This document shows positions 10,000 through 19,299 of a stretch of DNA of 64,000 nt, in pieces; the stretch's first letter is position 1; each line of letters begins with the position of its first letter. Origin of the DNA: Polyangiaceae bacterium (lineage in GTDB: Bacteria > Myxococcota_A > Polyangia > Polyangiales > Polyangiaceae); NCBI GenBank assembly GCA_044376115.1, contig JBILLK010000015.1, positions 64,001-128,000 on the forward strand. Direction: 5' to 3'. The notes beneath the pieces are model-generated. The model did no database searches. It saw only the letters and a list, made by a program, of their open reading frames with translations, and was not told where the DNA came from. Both the position numbers and the translations under genes were made by a program.

Positions 10000-11226
10000 G
10001 TGATCCCCCGTCGCTGGATTCCCGCGCTTCTTCTTACATCCCTCGCCCTCACGGGTTGTCACGCAACCGTCGCCCACAAGCCGACAGAGCCCGCCACCGA
10101 CCTACCGGAGGGTTCCTGGAGTGGCAGCACCTCGGGCTCGACGGGAACGACAGCAACCGGCACTCCGTCAGGCCCTCCCGTGGTCAACTACCCTGGGTTC
10201 GAGGTGCTGCGTGACGGTAGCTCGGTGGTGTCGCTCCAAGTGCGCGGCCCCGTGCAGGTGGCTGAACAACGCGTGGAAGGTCGCATCGTCTACTCGCTCA
10301 GCGGAGTGGCTGTACCCGAGCGGGTCAATCGGCTTCCGCTGGTGACGCAGTATTTCGCGACGCAGGTCACTTCGGTCACCGTGGAGCAAACCACTGGTGG
10401 AGCGAACCTCGTGCTCGAACTGCGAGAACCGGCGACCTCGACGTTCGCCCTCAAGCAGAACGAGGCGGGCACATTGTTGACCATCGTCGTACCGCGCTCC
10501 GAAAAGTACGGAGTGCGTAAAACCGATGAGCCGACCAAGCCTACGGGCGATCCGGAGCGACCCAACTTCGACGATCCCGATCAGGAGGTCGCCGCTCGGC
10601 CGGAATCATCAACGGACGAGACAGGGATCTCGGAACAACAAAGGGAGCGGAGCAAGAAGCGTCGCTCGTGGCGCAAAAGCTACCCTAGACGAGTGTTTGG
10701 ACTGGGCGTGGGGATCAGCGGCGGCGTGATGGCCTTGCTTGACGACGGAATACCCAGCGCATCCTATTTCGATGGCTCGAACGACTTCCTACCGCTGTTC
10801 TCTCCCTTCACCTTGGAGGGGCAGATCTTCCTCGACGACGACGACTACTCGTTCGACCTGAGCATCCCGATAACCAACACCATCCTGTTGGCCGCCTTCG
10901 GGATCGGCGCCTATTGGCAGTCTGACGTCTTCTTCAACTTTGGGCCGGGAGAGCAGAACATTCGAATGGTCCTCGGCCCAGGCCTCGGCTTTGGCGTCTA
11001 CGACGTCGATGACGACCTGAGCAGCTCGCAAACGTTCGGCTCCGTACGCCTACTTGCCGAAATTGGACTTGAGGCGTTGAACAACCATCAGACCTTCAGC
11101 TTCAAGCTGCTGGCCCGACCATTTGTGGAACTGTTTTTTTCCGACGCGGGGTACGCGGGAACTGGAGCGGGCGGAGTCGGCTTGATCAGCTTCTCGGGGA
11201 ACTCTGTCGAGAAACGACGCCGCTAA
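10000..11226 (+). CDS. Lipoprotein with AMIN-like domain and C-terminal beta-barrel-like region
   Basis: GTG 10000: MIPRRWIPALLLTSLALTGC lipobox; NRLPLVTQYFATQV segment; amphipathic strands in the C-terminal half. Confidence 0.5.
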   Translation: MIPRRWIPALLLTSLALTGCHATVAHKPTEPATDLPEGSWSGSTSGSTGTTATGTPSGPPVVNYPGFEVLRDGSSVVSLQVRGPVQVAEQRVEGRIVYSLSGVAVPERVNRLPLVTQYFATQVTSVTVEQTTGGANLVLELREPATSTFALKQNEAGTLLTIVVPRSEKYGVRKTDEPTKPTGDPERPNFDDPDQEVAARPESSTDETGISEQQRERSKKRRSWRKSYPRRVFGLGVGISGGVMALLDDGIPSASYFDGSNDFLPLFSPFTLEGQIFLDDDDYSFDLSIPITNTILLAAFGIGAYWQSDVFFNFGPGEQNIRMVLGPGLGFGVYDVDDDLSSSQTFGSVRLLAEIGLEALNNHQTFSFKLLARPFVELFFSDAGYAGTGAGGVGLISFSGNSVEKRRR

Positions 11227-11255
11227 CGACGCTGGGGCCCTTGAAGCACTAGGGC

Positions 11256-11310
11256 AAAAAAAGAACTCGGAGTTGAGGCGCCTTTGACGGCCAGCCTGCA
11301 ACTCCGAGTT
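11256..11310 (-). terminator. Intrinsic terminator downstream of the HU gene
   Basis: 12-bp stem AACTCGGAGTTG (11264-11275) / CAACTCCGAGTT (11299-11310), followed on the minus strand by a T7 run. Confidence 0.7.
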
Positions 11311-11340
11311 TCCGCCGGAGGCGGATGTCGTAGGAAAAGT

Positions 11341-11655
11341 TCAGCCTGCGACGAGGTCCTTCAGACCCTTCATCGCCGTTGCCTTCACCTTGCGTGACGC
11401 AGGCTTGGCTTTCACGGTCTGCATCTCTTTGGTGAACGGATTTTGCTTCTGAGTCTCAGGCGTCGCAGCAGCGATCTTGACCTTGAGCTTCAGCAGATTG
11501 AGCACCGCAACCTCGCCCGGCCCGTTCGCCCCGAGCTGATCCTTGATGAGGGCGGTGAGTGCGTCGAAGACCGCGTTCACTTGCCGCTTATCAAGGCCGG
11601 ACTTTTCGGCCACCGCCGCAATGAATTGGGGCTTCGTCAATTTCGCACCGGCCAT
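11341..11655 (-). CDS. HU/IHF family DNA-binding protein
   Basis: ATG 11655 with AAGGAGG; LTKPQFIAAVAEKSGL...NPFTKE...KAKPASRKVK. Confidence 0.85.
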   Translation of the reverse strand: MAGAKLTKPQFIAAVAEKSGLDKRQVNAVFDALTALIKDQLGANGPGEVAVLNLLKLKVKIAAATPETQKQNPFTKEMQTVKAKPASRKVKATAMKGLKDLVAG

Positions 11656-11907
11656 CAGATCCTCCTTGAAGAAATAGCGTGGGGCGGGGAGCACCCGCCC
11701 AATTCGAGGGCGATGCCTAACAACCGGGCCGTCAAGCCGCAAGCAACTTTGCGAAAAAGCGCTATTTAAGGGAGTTAGCTAGACATACGTTCGGGATCAT
11801 GACTAGCTCATGCGAGCGAGCGTCGAGAAAGCGCACTTCACTCAATGTGTTCTCCAAACGGTATGCTTCGAGGGCCGCGCCTCCGCGGCCATCACCCGAG
11901 CAGCACC

Positions 11908-13434
11908 ATGAGAACGAGCTTCCTTACCTCCCGCACTCTTGTCTCCCTCTTGATGATGCTAGGCGCCTGCGCCAAGGGCGATGCGCTTACGGGTGGAGGT
12001 GACACGGGAGGAAACGGCGGGAGCTCACAGGGGGGCGCAAGTAGTAGCGGAGCAGGCAACGCCGTTGGCGGAGAGACCAGCACAGGCGGGCAGCCCAGCG
12101 GCGGAATGGGTACGGGAGGCGCGGGAAACGGCGGGAACGGTGGCAGCGGCGGCGCCGAAAACAAGTGCGGCAACGGCATGCTCAACGCAGGGGAAGCCTG
12201 TGATGGCGAGCTGCTTGGTGAGCAGGATTGCGTTTCGATCGCGCAAGGTTTCACAGGTGGCACCTTGGCCTGCGCAGCCGATTGCTCCTTTGACACGAGC
12301 GCCTGTACCTCCCCGCCCAACTGCGGCAATGGCTCGCTCAACGCAGGGGAAGAATGCGACGGAAACCTGCTCGGCGGCGCAACCTGCAGCGCAGCCGGCT
12401 TCAACGCCGGCACCGTCTCCTGCACCGCTGGCTGCACGCTCGATACGTCGCAATGCTACAGCTGCGGCAACGGGACGCTCGAGGCGGCGGAGGTTTGCGA
12501 TGGAGCCAATCTCAACGGGAATACCTGCGCAATTCTAGGTCACGACGCCGGAACACTGACGTGTTCCGCCAACTGCCAGAGCTTCAATGAAGCGGCTTGT
12601 ACGGATTGCGGTGATGGCTTGGTCGAGGCAGGCGAGGCCTGCGACGGCAATAACCTCGCTGGGCAGACCTGCGTAACGCAGGGCTTCAATGGAGGCTCCC
12701 TTTCGTGCAACTCGGAGTGCCAGCTCAACCTCCAGGCATGCACCGGGCAAACCTGCGGCAATAGCGCGATTGAAGGCACGGAGATCTGCGACGGCTCTAC
12801 GCTGGCAGGGCAGACCTGCGTTACGCAGGGGTTCGCAGGTGGGACCTTGGCCTGCAACGCCAACTGCAACGGCTACATCACCTCGAGCTGCGTCGGCTCG
12901 CAATGTCAGAACGGTAGTGACGATGACATGGATGGCTTCGTCGACCTGAGCGATCCTGGCTGCAGCAACGCAGCTGACAACGATGAAGAGTTGTTCCTGC
13001 AGAATTGCGCGGGCGTTGGTGGGCCGATCTACGATGTCACCTTCGCCAACACCAACCTGGATGTGGTCGTCACGGGCAGCACCGTGGGCGCGCCCAACGC
13101 CTACTCTCCGACTGACTTTTTCGACGATTGTTCGACCGCAACCGGGGGCGAGCTGGTGCTGATGTACCGCGTGCTCTCGACGATGAGCGCCATCACCTTC
13201 TCCACCATGAACCCTGGAACCAACTTCGACACGGTGCTCTATGTGCGCGGTGGAAACTGCGGTCCCGCCGCCTCTGAGGTCTGCAACGACGACGGCTTCC
13301 TGACCACCCGTTCGGAGTTCACCCTCGTGAACGTAACCCCCGGCGACTACTACATCATCGTTGACGGCTGGGCTGGCCAAGCCGGAAATGTCGAACTCAC
13401 GATCGACATCCCCAACGCGTTTGGGCTCAACTGA
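11908..13434 (+). CDS. Cys-rich repeat lipoprotein with C-terminal PPC-like beta-sandwich
   Basis: Lipobox MLGAC; Gly/Ser linker; five CG(N/D)(G/S)xxxxxExCDG units; FDTVLYVR...CNDD...GDYYIIVDG. Confidence 0.75.
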   Translation: MRTSFLTSRTLVSLLMMLGACAKGDALTGGGDTGGNGGSSQGGASSSGAGNAVGGETSTGGQPSGGMGTGGAGNGGNGGSGGAENKCGNGMLNAGEACDGELLGEQDCVSIAQGFTGGTLACAADCSFDTSACTSPPNCGNGSLNAGEECDGNLLGGATCSAAGFNAGTVSCTAGCTLDTSQCYSCGNGTLEAAEVCDGANLNGNTCAILGHDAGTLTCSANCQSFNEAACTDCGDGLVEAGEACDGNNLAGQTCVTQGFNGGSLSCNSECQLNLQACTGQTCGNSAIEGTEICDGSTLAGQTCVTQGFAGGTLACNANCNGYITSSCVGSQCQNGSDDDMDGFVDLSDPGCSNAADNDEELFLQNCAGVGGPIYDVTFANTNLDVVVTGSTVGAPNAYSPTDFFDDCSTATGGELVLMYRVLSTMSAITFSTMNPGTNFDTVLYVRGGNCGPAASEVCNDDGFLTTRSEFTLVNVTPGDYYIIVDGWAGQAGNVELTIDIPNAFGLN

Positions 13435-13508
13435 CGCTCCGCGTCTGAGTCAGCATCTCGCGCTCGCTCCCCGTTGAACGCCACACCGAGCTGCCGTACG
13501 CAGCGGAG

Positions 13509-14666
13509 ATGCGATCACTCTCCCAAGCGCTCTCAGCATCCCTCGTTCTCGCGTCCTTGGTGGCCTGTGATGACGGTGCCTCTGGTGGCTCCGGCGGAGC
13601 GGGTGCTTCCAGCTCCAACAGTGGAGGCGGTGGCGCCGGCTCCGGCGCTGGCGGCGCGAGCACAGGAGGGAGTGATCTCGGCGGCGCGAGTTCGGGTGGC
13701 GCGAGCGCGGGCGGAGGCGGGGAAGGCGCCACGGGCGGCGGCAACGTTGGAAATTACGTTGGTCGCTGCGGAGAGGAACCACCGGCAGGCGCCGAGGTCG
13801 CCGCTCCGATTCCAACTTACCAGGGTACATGCCCCACCCTTGAACCCGGCGCCAATACGCTCGTCTCCTCTGGCAACGATCGCGAGTTCATCCTCGTGCT
13901 GCCAGACAACTACGATCCCACGGCCTCTTATCCCGTCTTCTTCCTTTGGCATTGGCTAGGTGGCAGCGCCGACGAATTCCTGAACCGTGCCGAGGTTCAG
14001 CTCGCCGCCAACACGCAAAATTTCATCGCGATCATCCCGGAGAAAAAGGGGGATATCCAATTCGTTTGGCCTTACGACAAGACCCAAAGCCAAGCGCGCG
14101 TGGATGAAGAGTTAGCCTTCTTCGACGACATGCTCTCGTGCGTCGCGAGCTCCTTCTCGGTGGATAGCAACTGCGTCGCGAGCGTTGGTGTCAGCGCTGG
14201 AGCACTGTTTACCGATCAACTCGCACACCAGCGCAGCACGCACCTGAGCTCCTTCGTCTCGCTATCGGGCGGCACCGGAGGATTTGCCATCAAAGATTGG
14301 GCAACTGCAGAACATCGGCTGCCTGGGCTGGTACTTTGGGGCGGTAGCGGGGACACCTGTCAGGGGCTGCTTTCGTTCGAGGATCTTTCGGCAGACCTGG
14401 AGCAGAACCTAACCGCAGACGGGCACTTCTTCGTCGAGTGCATTCACAACTGTGGCCACTCGGAGCCCCCGTTCGAGGGCCCGCAGGGCTTCTCAAAGTA
14501 CAAGGGGATGTGGGACTTCATCCTCGACCACCCGTACTGGAACAGCCCCGGACAGTCGGTCTACCTCGAACAAGGCGTTCCCGCAGACCTTCCTGAATGG
14601 TGCGGGCTCGGCGCCGGCAGCGCTGTCGAACGCACTGGTGAGTGCATCAATCCATCGGAGTGTTGA
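13509..14666 (+). CDS. Lipoprotein alpha/beta-hydrolase (PHB-depolymerase/LpqC-like esterase)
   Basis: Lipobox LVAC; Gly-rich linker; YPVFFLWHWLGG, GVSAGA nucleophile elbow, GH. Confidence 0.7.
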   Translation: MRSLSQALSASLVLASLVACDDGASGGSGGAGASSSNSGGGGAGSGAGGASTGGSDLGGASSGGASAGGGGEGATGGGNVGNYVGRCGEEPPAGAEVAAPIPTYQGTCPTLEPGANTLVSSGNDREFILVLPDNYDPTASYPVFFLWHWLGGSADEFLNRAEVQLAANTQNFIAIIPEKKGDIQFVWPYDKTQSQARVDEELAFFDDMLSCVASSFSVDSNCVASVGVSAGALFTDQLAHQRSTHLSSFVSLSGGTGGFAIKDWATAEHRLPGLVLWGGSGDTCQGLLSFEDLSADLEQNLTADGHFFVECIHNCGHSEPPFEGPQGFSKYKGMWDFILDHPYWNSPGQSVYLEQGVPADLPEWCGLGAGSAVERTGECINPSEC

Positions 14667-14689
14667 TTGCTCTATCTGGGGCGGATGCG

Positions 14690-14714
14690 GGCGCGGAGCC
14701 TTTGACTCCGCGCC
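14690..14714. terminator. GC-rich hairpin between convergent genes
   Basis: GGCGCGGAG-N7-CTCCGCGCC; no clear U-tract. Confidence 0.4.
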
Positions 14715-14723
14715 GCCCGGCGC

Positions 14724-15551
14724 TCAGTTGGCGATCGTCTTGAGATCAAGCATCTCTTCGACGCTTGGAACCACGATCACATCGCAGCGTCGATTGCGCT
14801 GACGCCCTTCATCCGCGCCGTTATCAGCGATCGGATCGGTGTCGCCAAACCCTGCGGCGCTCCACTTGGCCGCTGGCATCCCGGTCGTCGTGTCATTGAC
14901 GAGGAACAACAACACCTCGCGAGAGCGCATCAACGACAGGCCCCAGTTATCGCGGAAGACGCCAGCGTAAGGCTTGCTGTCGGTATGGCCAGCGACCTGG
15001 TAGTAGCGCTGCACGAGCGAGCTGTCGGCCTTGATGACGCCAGCCACCTTGGAAAGGATCTCCTTTCCTTCTTTGCGCAGCGTCTCCTTACCTGAGTCAA
15101 AGAGCACGTCACCAGGTAGCGAGATGACCATGCGGTTGTTGCGAATGGTGACGGCCAGACCCAGTTTGGTCAGCGCATCCAGCTTCTTCTTGAGCGTCTC
15201 GAAGCGCGCCTTGATCGCCTCGAGCTGCCTGGCCTTCGCCTGATACTCAACCAAGGCCCGCTGCTGCTCCTCCACCGTCAGAGAGAGTTTGCTCAGCTGT
15301 GTGCCCGACTCATCCAAGCTCAACTTGAGCTTCGAGATATCAACGCCCGCGTTCTGAAGCTCCTGCGTCAATTGACTCACTCGGTTGCGCTCAGCCTCGA
15401 GATCCGCCTTGAGCTTCGACTCGGCGGCCTGAGACTGCTCCTCCAGCGTTTTGTACTTAGCTAGCTGCGCCTTCCACTCCTCTTCGGAGTAGCCGCAACC
15501 CGTGAAGCATCCGGCGCTCACGAGCATGACCAGAATCTTGCGTAGTTCCAC
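14724..15551 (-). CDS. Lipoprotein with coiled coil and OmpA/MotB-like peptidoglycan-binding domain
   Basis: FTGC lipobox; long coiled coil; VLFDSG, GHTDS, NWGLSLMRS, RNRR. Confidence 0.8.
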   Translation of the reverse strand: MELRKILVMLVSAGCFTGCGYSEEEWKAQLAKYKTLEEQSQAAESKLKADLEAERNRVSQLTQELQNAGVDISKLKLSLDESGTQLSKLSLTVEEQQRALVEYQAKARQLEAIKARFETLKKKLDALTKLGLAVTIRNNRMVISLPGDVLFDSGKETLRKEGKEILSKVAGVIKADSSLVQRYYQVAGHTDSKPYAGVFRDNWGLSLMRSREVLLFLVNDTTTGMPAAKWSAAGFGDTDPIADNGADEGRQRNRRCDVIVVPSVEEMLDLKTIAN

Positions 15552-15605
15552 TTCGTGCTCCTTTTTGGGGACCTTATCCAGAGCGCGCGCGCCCGGAAAG
15601 CTCGA

Positions 15606-17210
15606 TCAAAAGCCTGTTGTTCCGCCGATCAAAAAGCGGAAGCTGGTTGGACTGGCGCCATCGATGAATGGCTCGGTGCCGAAGCCGACCAGCAGGTTAA
15701 ATGAGTGATCGCGATGATTGGGCGAGCGAATGCCGCCGAGAAACGAGAAGCGCAATAGCTCAGGATCGAAGTCATCCAAGTGCGCCCCATTGAAGACGTT
15801 GCCAACGGCAGCTTGCATGGTGCCATCGAGGAACGCCCAGATCGGCCAGTGATACTCGACCGTCGCGGCGATCGCGCTCGACCCAAGGAGCCGCCCCGGC
15901 AGAAAGCCGCGCAGCAGATCCAGATCGGGAACATTCTCGATGTGAGTAGCGCCAACCAGCTCTGTGAATGGGATGGTCTTGTTGTCTTCGAGCGCGTCTT
16001 GAAAGCGCGCTGCGATCGTCAGACTGAGAACACGCTGTGTGCCGGTCAGATCAACGAAACCAGCGGCGGTTGCGCCGTAGTTGATCCACGAGGCGAGATT
16101 CGGCTCATCGATGTCGGTAACGAGCTCTCCGGAGAGGTCCACCGCCACACCAGAGCCAGGAGCCGGACGCTCTTCCCGTGAGTCCAAAGCGGCTCGCAAG
16201 CCTGTCTTTACCGTGGTGTAGGGGCGACCGTACGAAGGTGGAGCCTCGTAAACGCCGTCCAAAATGTTGCGCCGAATCGTCGGGGTTTCACAGATGCGCG
16301 TGTAGGAGTTGTTCTCGATGATGCTGACCTGACTGGAGCAAGATCCGGCTCCCGTCGTCGTCTTCCGCACGGTGGCCCAGGCTTCGACAAAGGTACCGCG
16401 CCAGGGTTCAACGTGGGCGCGCCCTCCTCCGCCAAACGTCGTCAGCGAATAGCCACCCTCGTCCTCCGTGCGACTACGAGGCCCGATCCCCCAGAACGCC
16501 AGGTCCGACCGCGTGAGCACGTTGGCCTCAACCTGAAGAAAGGATCTCGCCCGCTCGGTACCAATCGGCGTATCGACCGGAATTCGATCGGCGATTGAAG
16601 CACGCCAAAAGTTCAACCCACCAAAGCCGAGATTCAGCCGCAGGTCGTTGCCTCTCGTGATGAAGTCATTCCAAAAGCTGTAAACGCCGACGCTCGGCCG
16701 AAACCCGAAGTCGAGGAACGCTGTCGGGACGATGCCGATGTTGTTGTCGGGGCCAAACAAGAAGACGTTGGTCAGCTCGCCGATCACGTCGTTGCTCTCG
16801 ACCGCGACGGTGAGTGCACCAACCGGTAAGCGGATGAAGGTCTCCACCACCAGGTAGACCGGAAACAGCACGATGCGCGGCAGCCACAACGCATCCTCTG
16901 CTACGGACGTTGTATCTTCGCGTCCGTCGTAGTCCTGCACAGCGCGCTTCTCACCCGGCTTGAGTGTGGGGCTGGGCGGAGCAGCCTGCTCTGACGGCGG
17001 AGCAGCCTGGTCTGACGGCGGAGCCGGACCGGGGCGCTTCTTCGGCCCGGCAGTGACCTTGGGCTTTTCGGCAGGCGCGGACTCTGTAGCTGGCGCGGGA
17101 GGATTGGGCGCCGCGCTAGCAGGAGCTTGAGCCAGAGCCATGCTCGAATGAGCCGCTACTGATACGAGGACGAGCGACTGAAGTGCTCGTGTAGTTAACA
17201 GACGACCCAT
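15606..17210 (-). CDS. Outer-membrane beta-barrel protein (Omp85/BamA-TamA barrel-like)
   Basis: Signal peptide ending ALAQA, Pro-rich linker, amphipathic strands, LRGF motif, terminal Phe. Confidence 0.6.
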   Translation of the reverse strand: MGRLLTTRALQSLVLVSVAAHSSMALAQAPASAAPNPPAPATESAPAEKPKVTAGPKKRPGPAPPSDQAAPPSEQAAPPSPTLKPGEKRAVQDYDGREDTTSVAEDALWLPRIVLFPVYLVVETFIRLPVGALTVAVESNDVIGELTNVFLFGPDNNIGIVPTAFLDFGFRPSVGVYSFWNDFITRGNDLRLNLGFGGLNFWRASIADRIPVDTPIGTERARSFLQVEANVLTRSDLAFWGIGPRSRTEDEGGYSLTTFGGGGRAHVEPWRGTFVEAWATVRKTTTGAGSCSSQVSIIENNSYTRICETPTIRRNILDGVYEAPPSYGRPYTTVKTGLRAALDSREERPAPGSGVAVDLSGELVTDIDEPNLASWINYGATAAGFVDLTGTQRVLSLTIAARFQDALEDNKTIPFTELVGATHIENVPDLDLLRGFLPGRLLGSSAIAATVEYHWPIWAFLDGTMQAAVGNVFNGAHLDDFDPELLRFSFLGGIRSPNHRDHSFNLLVGFGTEPFIDGASPTSFRFLIGGTTGF

Positions 17211-17280
17211 CGGGTCGCTGAAGGTACAAGAAAACTTGAGCGTGCCCTACCACTGTTTCAGACACGGACGGGCTGCGACC

Positions 17281-19299
17281 TCAGGCGTTCCCCGCCGCCT
17301 CGGTCAATGCGTCGACCCAGCTCGACTCTGCGGCCGATACAGCTGGATTCCGCTCGATTGAGCAGCCCATCGGCCGCGCGGCTAGACCATTGCGATGGAG
17401 CCTGAGTACAGCGTGTTCGATCAGGCCCACCCGCTCGCTCATGCCCCAAAAGAGGGACAACAAGTCCGGACCAACCGCCTTGCGCGGTCCTGTTCCGACG
17501 TGAAAGAACGAGCCGCTGCGAAGCGTCGCTGAAAAACCTGCAATCACGTGATCCACGGGATCTTCAAACGGATCCCGTGTGCCAGGCCCGCCTCGAGCGA
17601 TGAAGCTGCGCAGCGTTTCGTTGCGGTCGAACTGACTCAACCCCAAGTTCATGCCCCGAGCTTGGGCCTCGTCGTGAATTTCCCCGAGCAACCTGTCGCC
17701 TCGCGCTGAAACGAGCAGCGATCGATCATCCACCTCCAGCGAACCGGCGAAACCGACCGGCGCCTGACCGCGAGGCGTCGACGGGGTGGGCAGGAGGTTG
17801 CCAGGGTTGAACACGGAGGCTGGGTCGAGCACCCGCGCAACGCTGCGAACAACCTCCGTTCCGAAGCCGAGCTCGGCCGAGAGGCGAGGCGCTTTGCTGC
17901 GACCAACGCCGTGATGATGCGAGATGGTTCCTCCGGCCTGTGCCGCAGCGAGCGGCGCTTCACGCCAAACCGCGTCGTACTTCCGTAGGGCTTCCTCCTG
18001 CGATTTCGCAGAACCGGCGAACGTGAAGTAGATGCTGCAACCGTCCGGGTAAGCATGCGACAGATGCGCCATCACGAAGACGTACGGACGCATCGCCTCA
18101 CGAACGGAGTGGTACAGGGCGGCCAACTTCGACCACGGCGCCGCAACCTCCATCGTGTCGCTGAAGGCGCCGGACATGAACACGGGCGCCTGACGATAGG
18201 AGACCGAATAGCGGTGCTTCTCCCAATGAAGCGCTGGTACCTCGCCCAGCGACTGCCCACCGTTCCGAGCGGCGATGTTGGCAACGCGAGCAAGGTCCTC
18301 TGCGTTCTCGCCCGCCGCGCCTTCGAAGATCAGAATCAGCAACGTGCCGCCGAAGGTCTTGTCGCCCGCAGCGTCCAGCGCAAAGTTCATCGCGCGAGGC
18401 GAACGGAGCAGCAATCGGAGCGCCGCATCCTTTAGCGCCGCACCCGCAGCTGGAGACGACTTCGACGCGTCTTTTCGGCGTTTCACAGCTCCGCGCTTCG
18501 CCATGAACGAGTCAAATGCGTCGTAAAGTCGCGAGACGGCCGGCCGAAGACCGGCCTGAAACATCTCGCGCAGGCTTTCGTAGCCCGCCTCGAGGTTCGG
18601 GAACGAATAAGCGATGTGCGCCTTCGCGCTCGCCAAGGGGTGCAACCGAAGTTCTGCGCTGGTGATGAGCCCCAGAATTCCTTCGCTGCCCACCATCAAC
18701 GGGGTCAGGTCTGGCCCTTGAGTGCGCCGACGGAACCGCACGGACTCGCCGCGACCAACGACGCAGTCGAGCGACACCACCATGTCTTCAATCTTGCCGT
18801 AGCGACCTGAACACTGCCCGGCGCTCCGCGCAGCCAGCCAACCTCCGACTGTCGAGCAGAGAATGCTGGAAGGGAAATGCCCAAGCGTGAAGCCGGCCAC
18901 GTTGAGGTCTTCCTCGAGTCGAATGCCCATGACCCCGGCCTCGACCTCGAGCACGCCGCGCTCTCGATCGATCGCCCGAACGCGGTTCAACCGCTTGAGA
19001 TCCAGGACCACCGTGCGCGAATCGGGCAGGGTCCCTCCGCACACACCCGAGCCCGCTCCGAACGGTGCGATGGGTAACCCTTCTCGCGCGCACACTTCAA
19101 CGACCCGCGCTGCGGCCTCAGCCGTGTCCGGCCAGACGACGGCGAGCGGGCGCGAACTCGGTAACTGCCCCGCGCTAACGTTGATGTGATGGCGCGGCCA
19201 AAGATCGCGCGAGTAGCTTTGTCGATCGAGAGGGGAAGAGCTGACCGCGACGCCCGGGAGCTCGCGGAACAGGTCCAGTTCAGCAGGGCCTTCAGGCAC
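17281..19299 (-). CDS. FAD-binding VAO-family oxidoreductase, alkyl-DHAP synthase (AGPS)-like, with extra C-terminal domain
   Basis: PFGAGSGV, GHFPSS, STVGGWLAARSAGQ, GSEGILGLIT, HLSHAY, SHHHGVG; GTG 19299 overlaps the upstream stop. Confidence 0.75.
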   Translation of the reverse strand: MPEGPAELDLFRELPGVAVSSSPLDRQSYSRDLWPRHHINVSAGQLPSSRPLAVVWPDTAEAAARVVEVCAREGLPIAPFGAGSGVCGGTLPDSRTVVLDLKRLNRVRAIDRERGVLEVEAGVMGIRLEEDLNVAGFTLGHFPSSILCSTVGGWLAARSAGQCSGRYGKIEDMVVSLDCVVGRGESVRFRRRTQGPDLTPLMVGSEGILGLITSAELRLHPLASAKAHIAYSFPNLEAGYESLREMFQAGLRPAVSRLYDAFDSFMAKRGAVKRRKDASKSSPAAGAALKDAALRLLLRSPRAMNFALDAAGDKTFGGTLLILIFEGAAGENAEDLARVANIAARNGGQSLGEVPALHWEKHRYSVSYRQAPVFMSGAFSDTMEVAAPWSKLAALYHSVREAMRPYVFVMAHLSHAYPDGCSIYFTFAGSAKSQEEALRKYDAVWREAPLAAAQAGGTISHHHGVGRSKAPRLSAELGFGTEVVRSVARVLDPASVFNPGNLLPTPSTPRGQAPVGFAGSLEVDDRSLLVSARGDRLLGEIHDEAQARGMNLGLSQFDRNETLRSFIARGGPGTRDPFEDPVDHVIAGFSATLRSGSFFHVGTGPRKAVGPDLLSLFWGMSERVGLIEHAVLRLHRNGLAARPMGCSIERNPAVSAAESSWVDALTEAAGNA

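Noticed and set aside
11226..11341. Structured intergenic region as ncRNA or tRNA
   Set aside because: Explained by a single hairpin plus T-run (HU terminator); no cloverleaf recognised.
14724..15551. Second flagellar MotB
   Set aside because: It has a lipobox and coiled coil but no MotB TM with the conserved Asp; only the PG-binding domain is shared.
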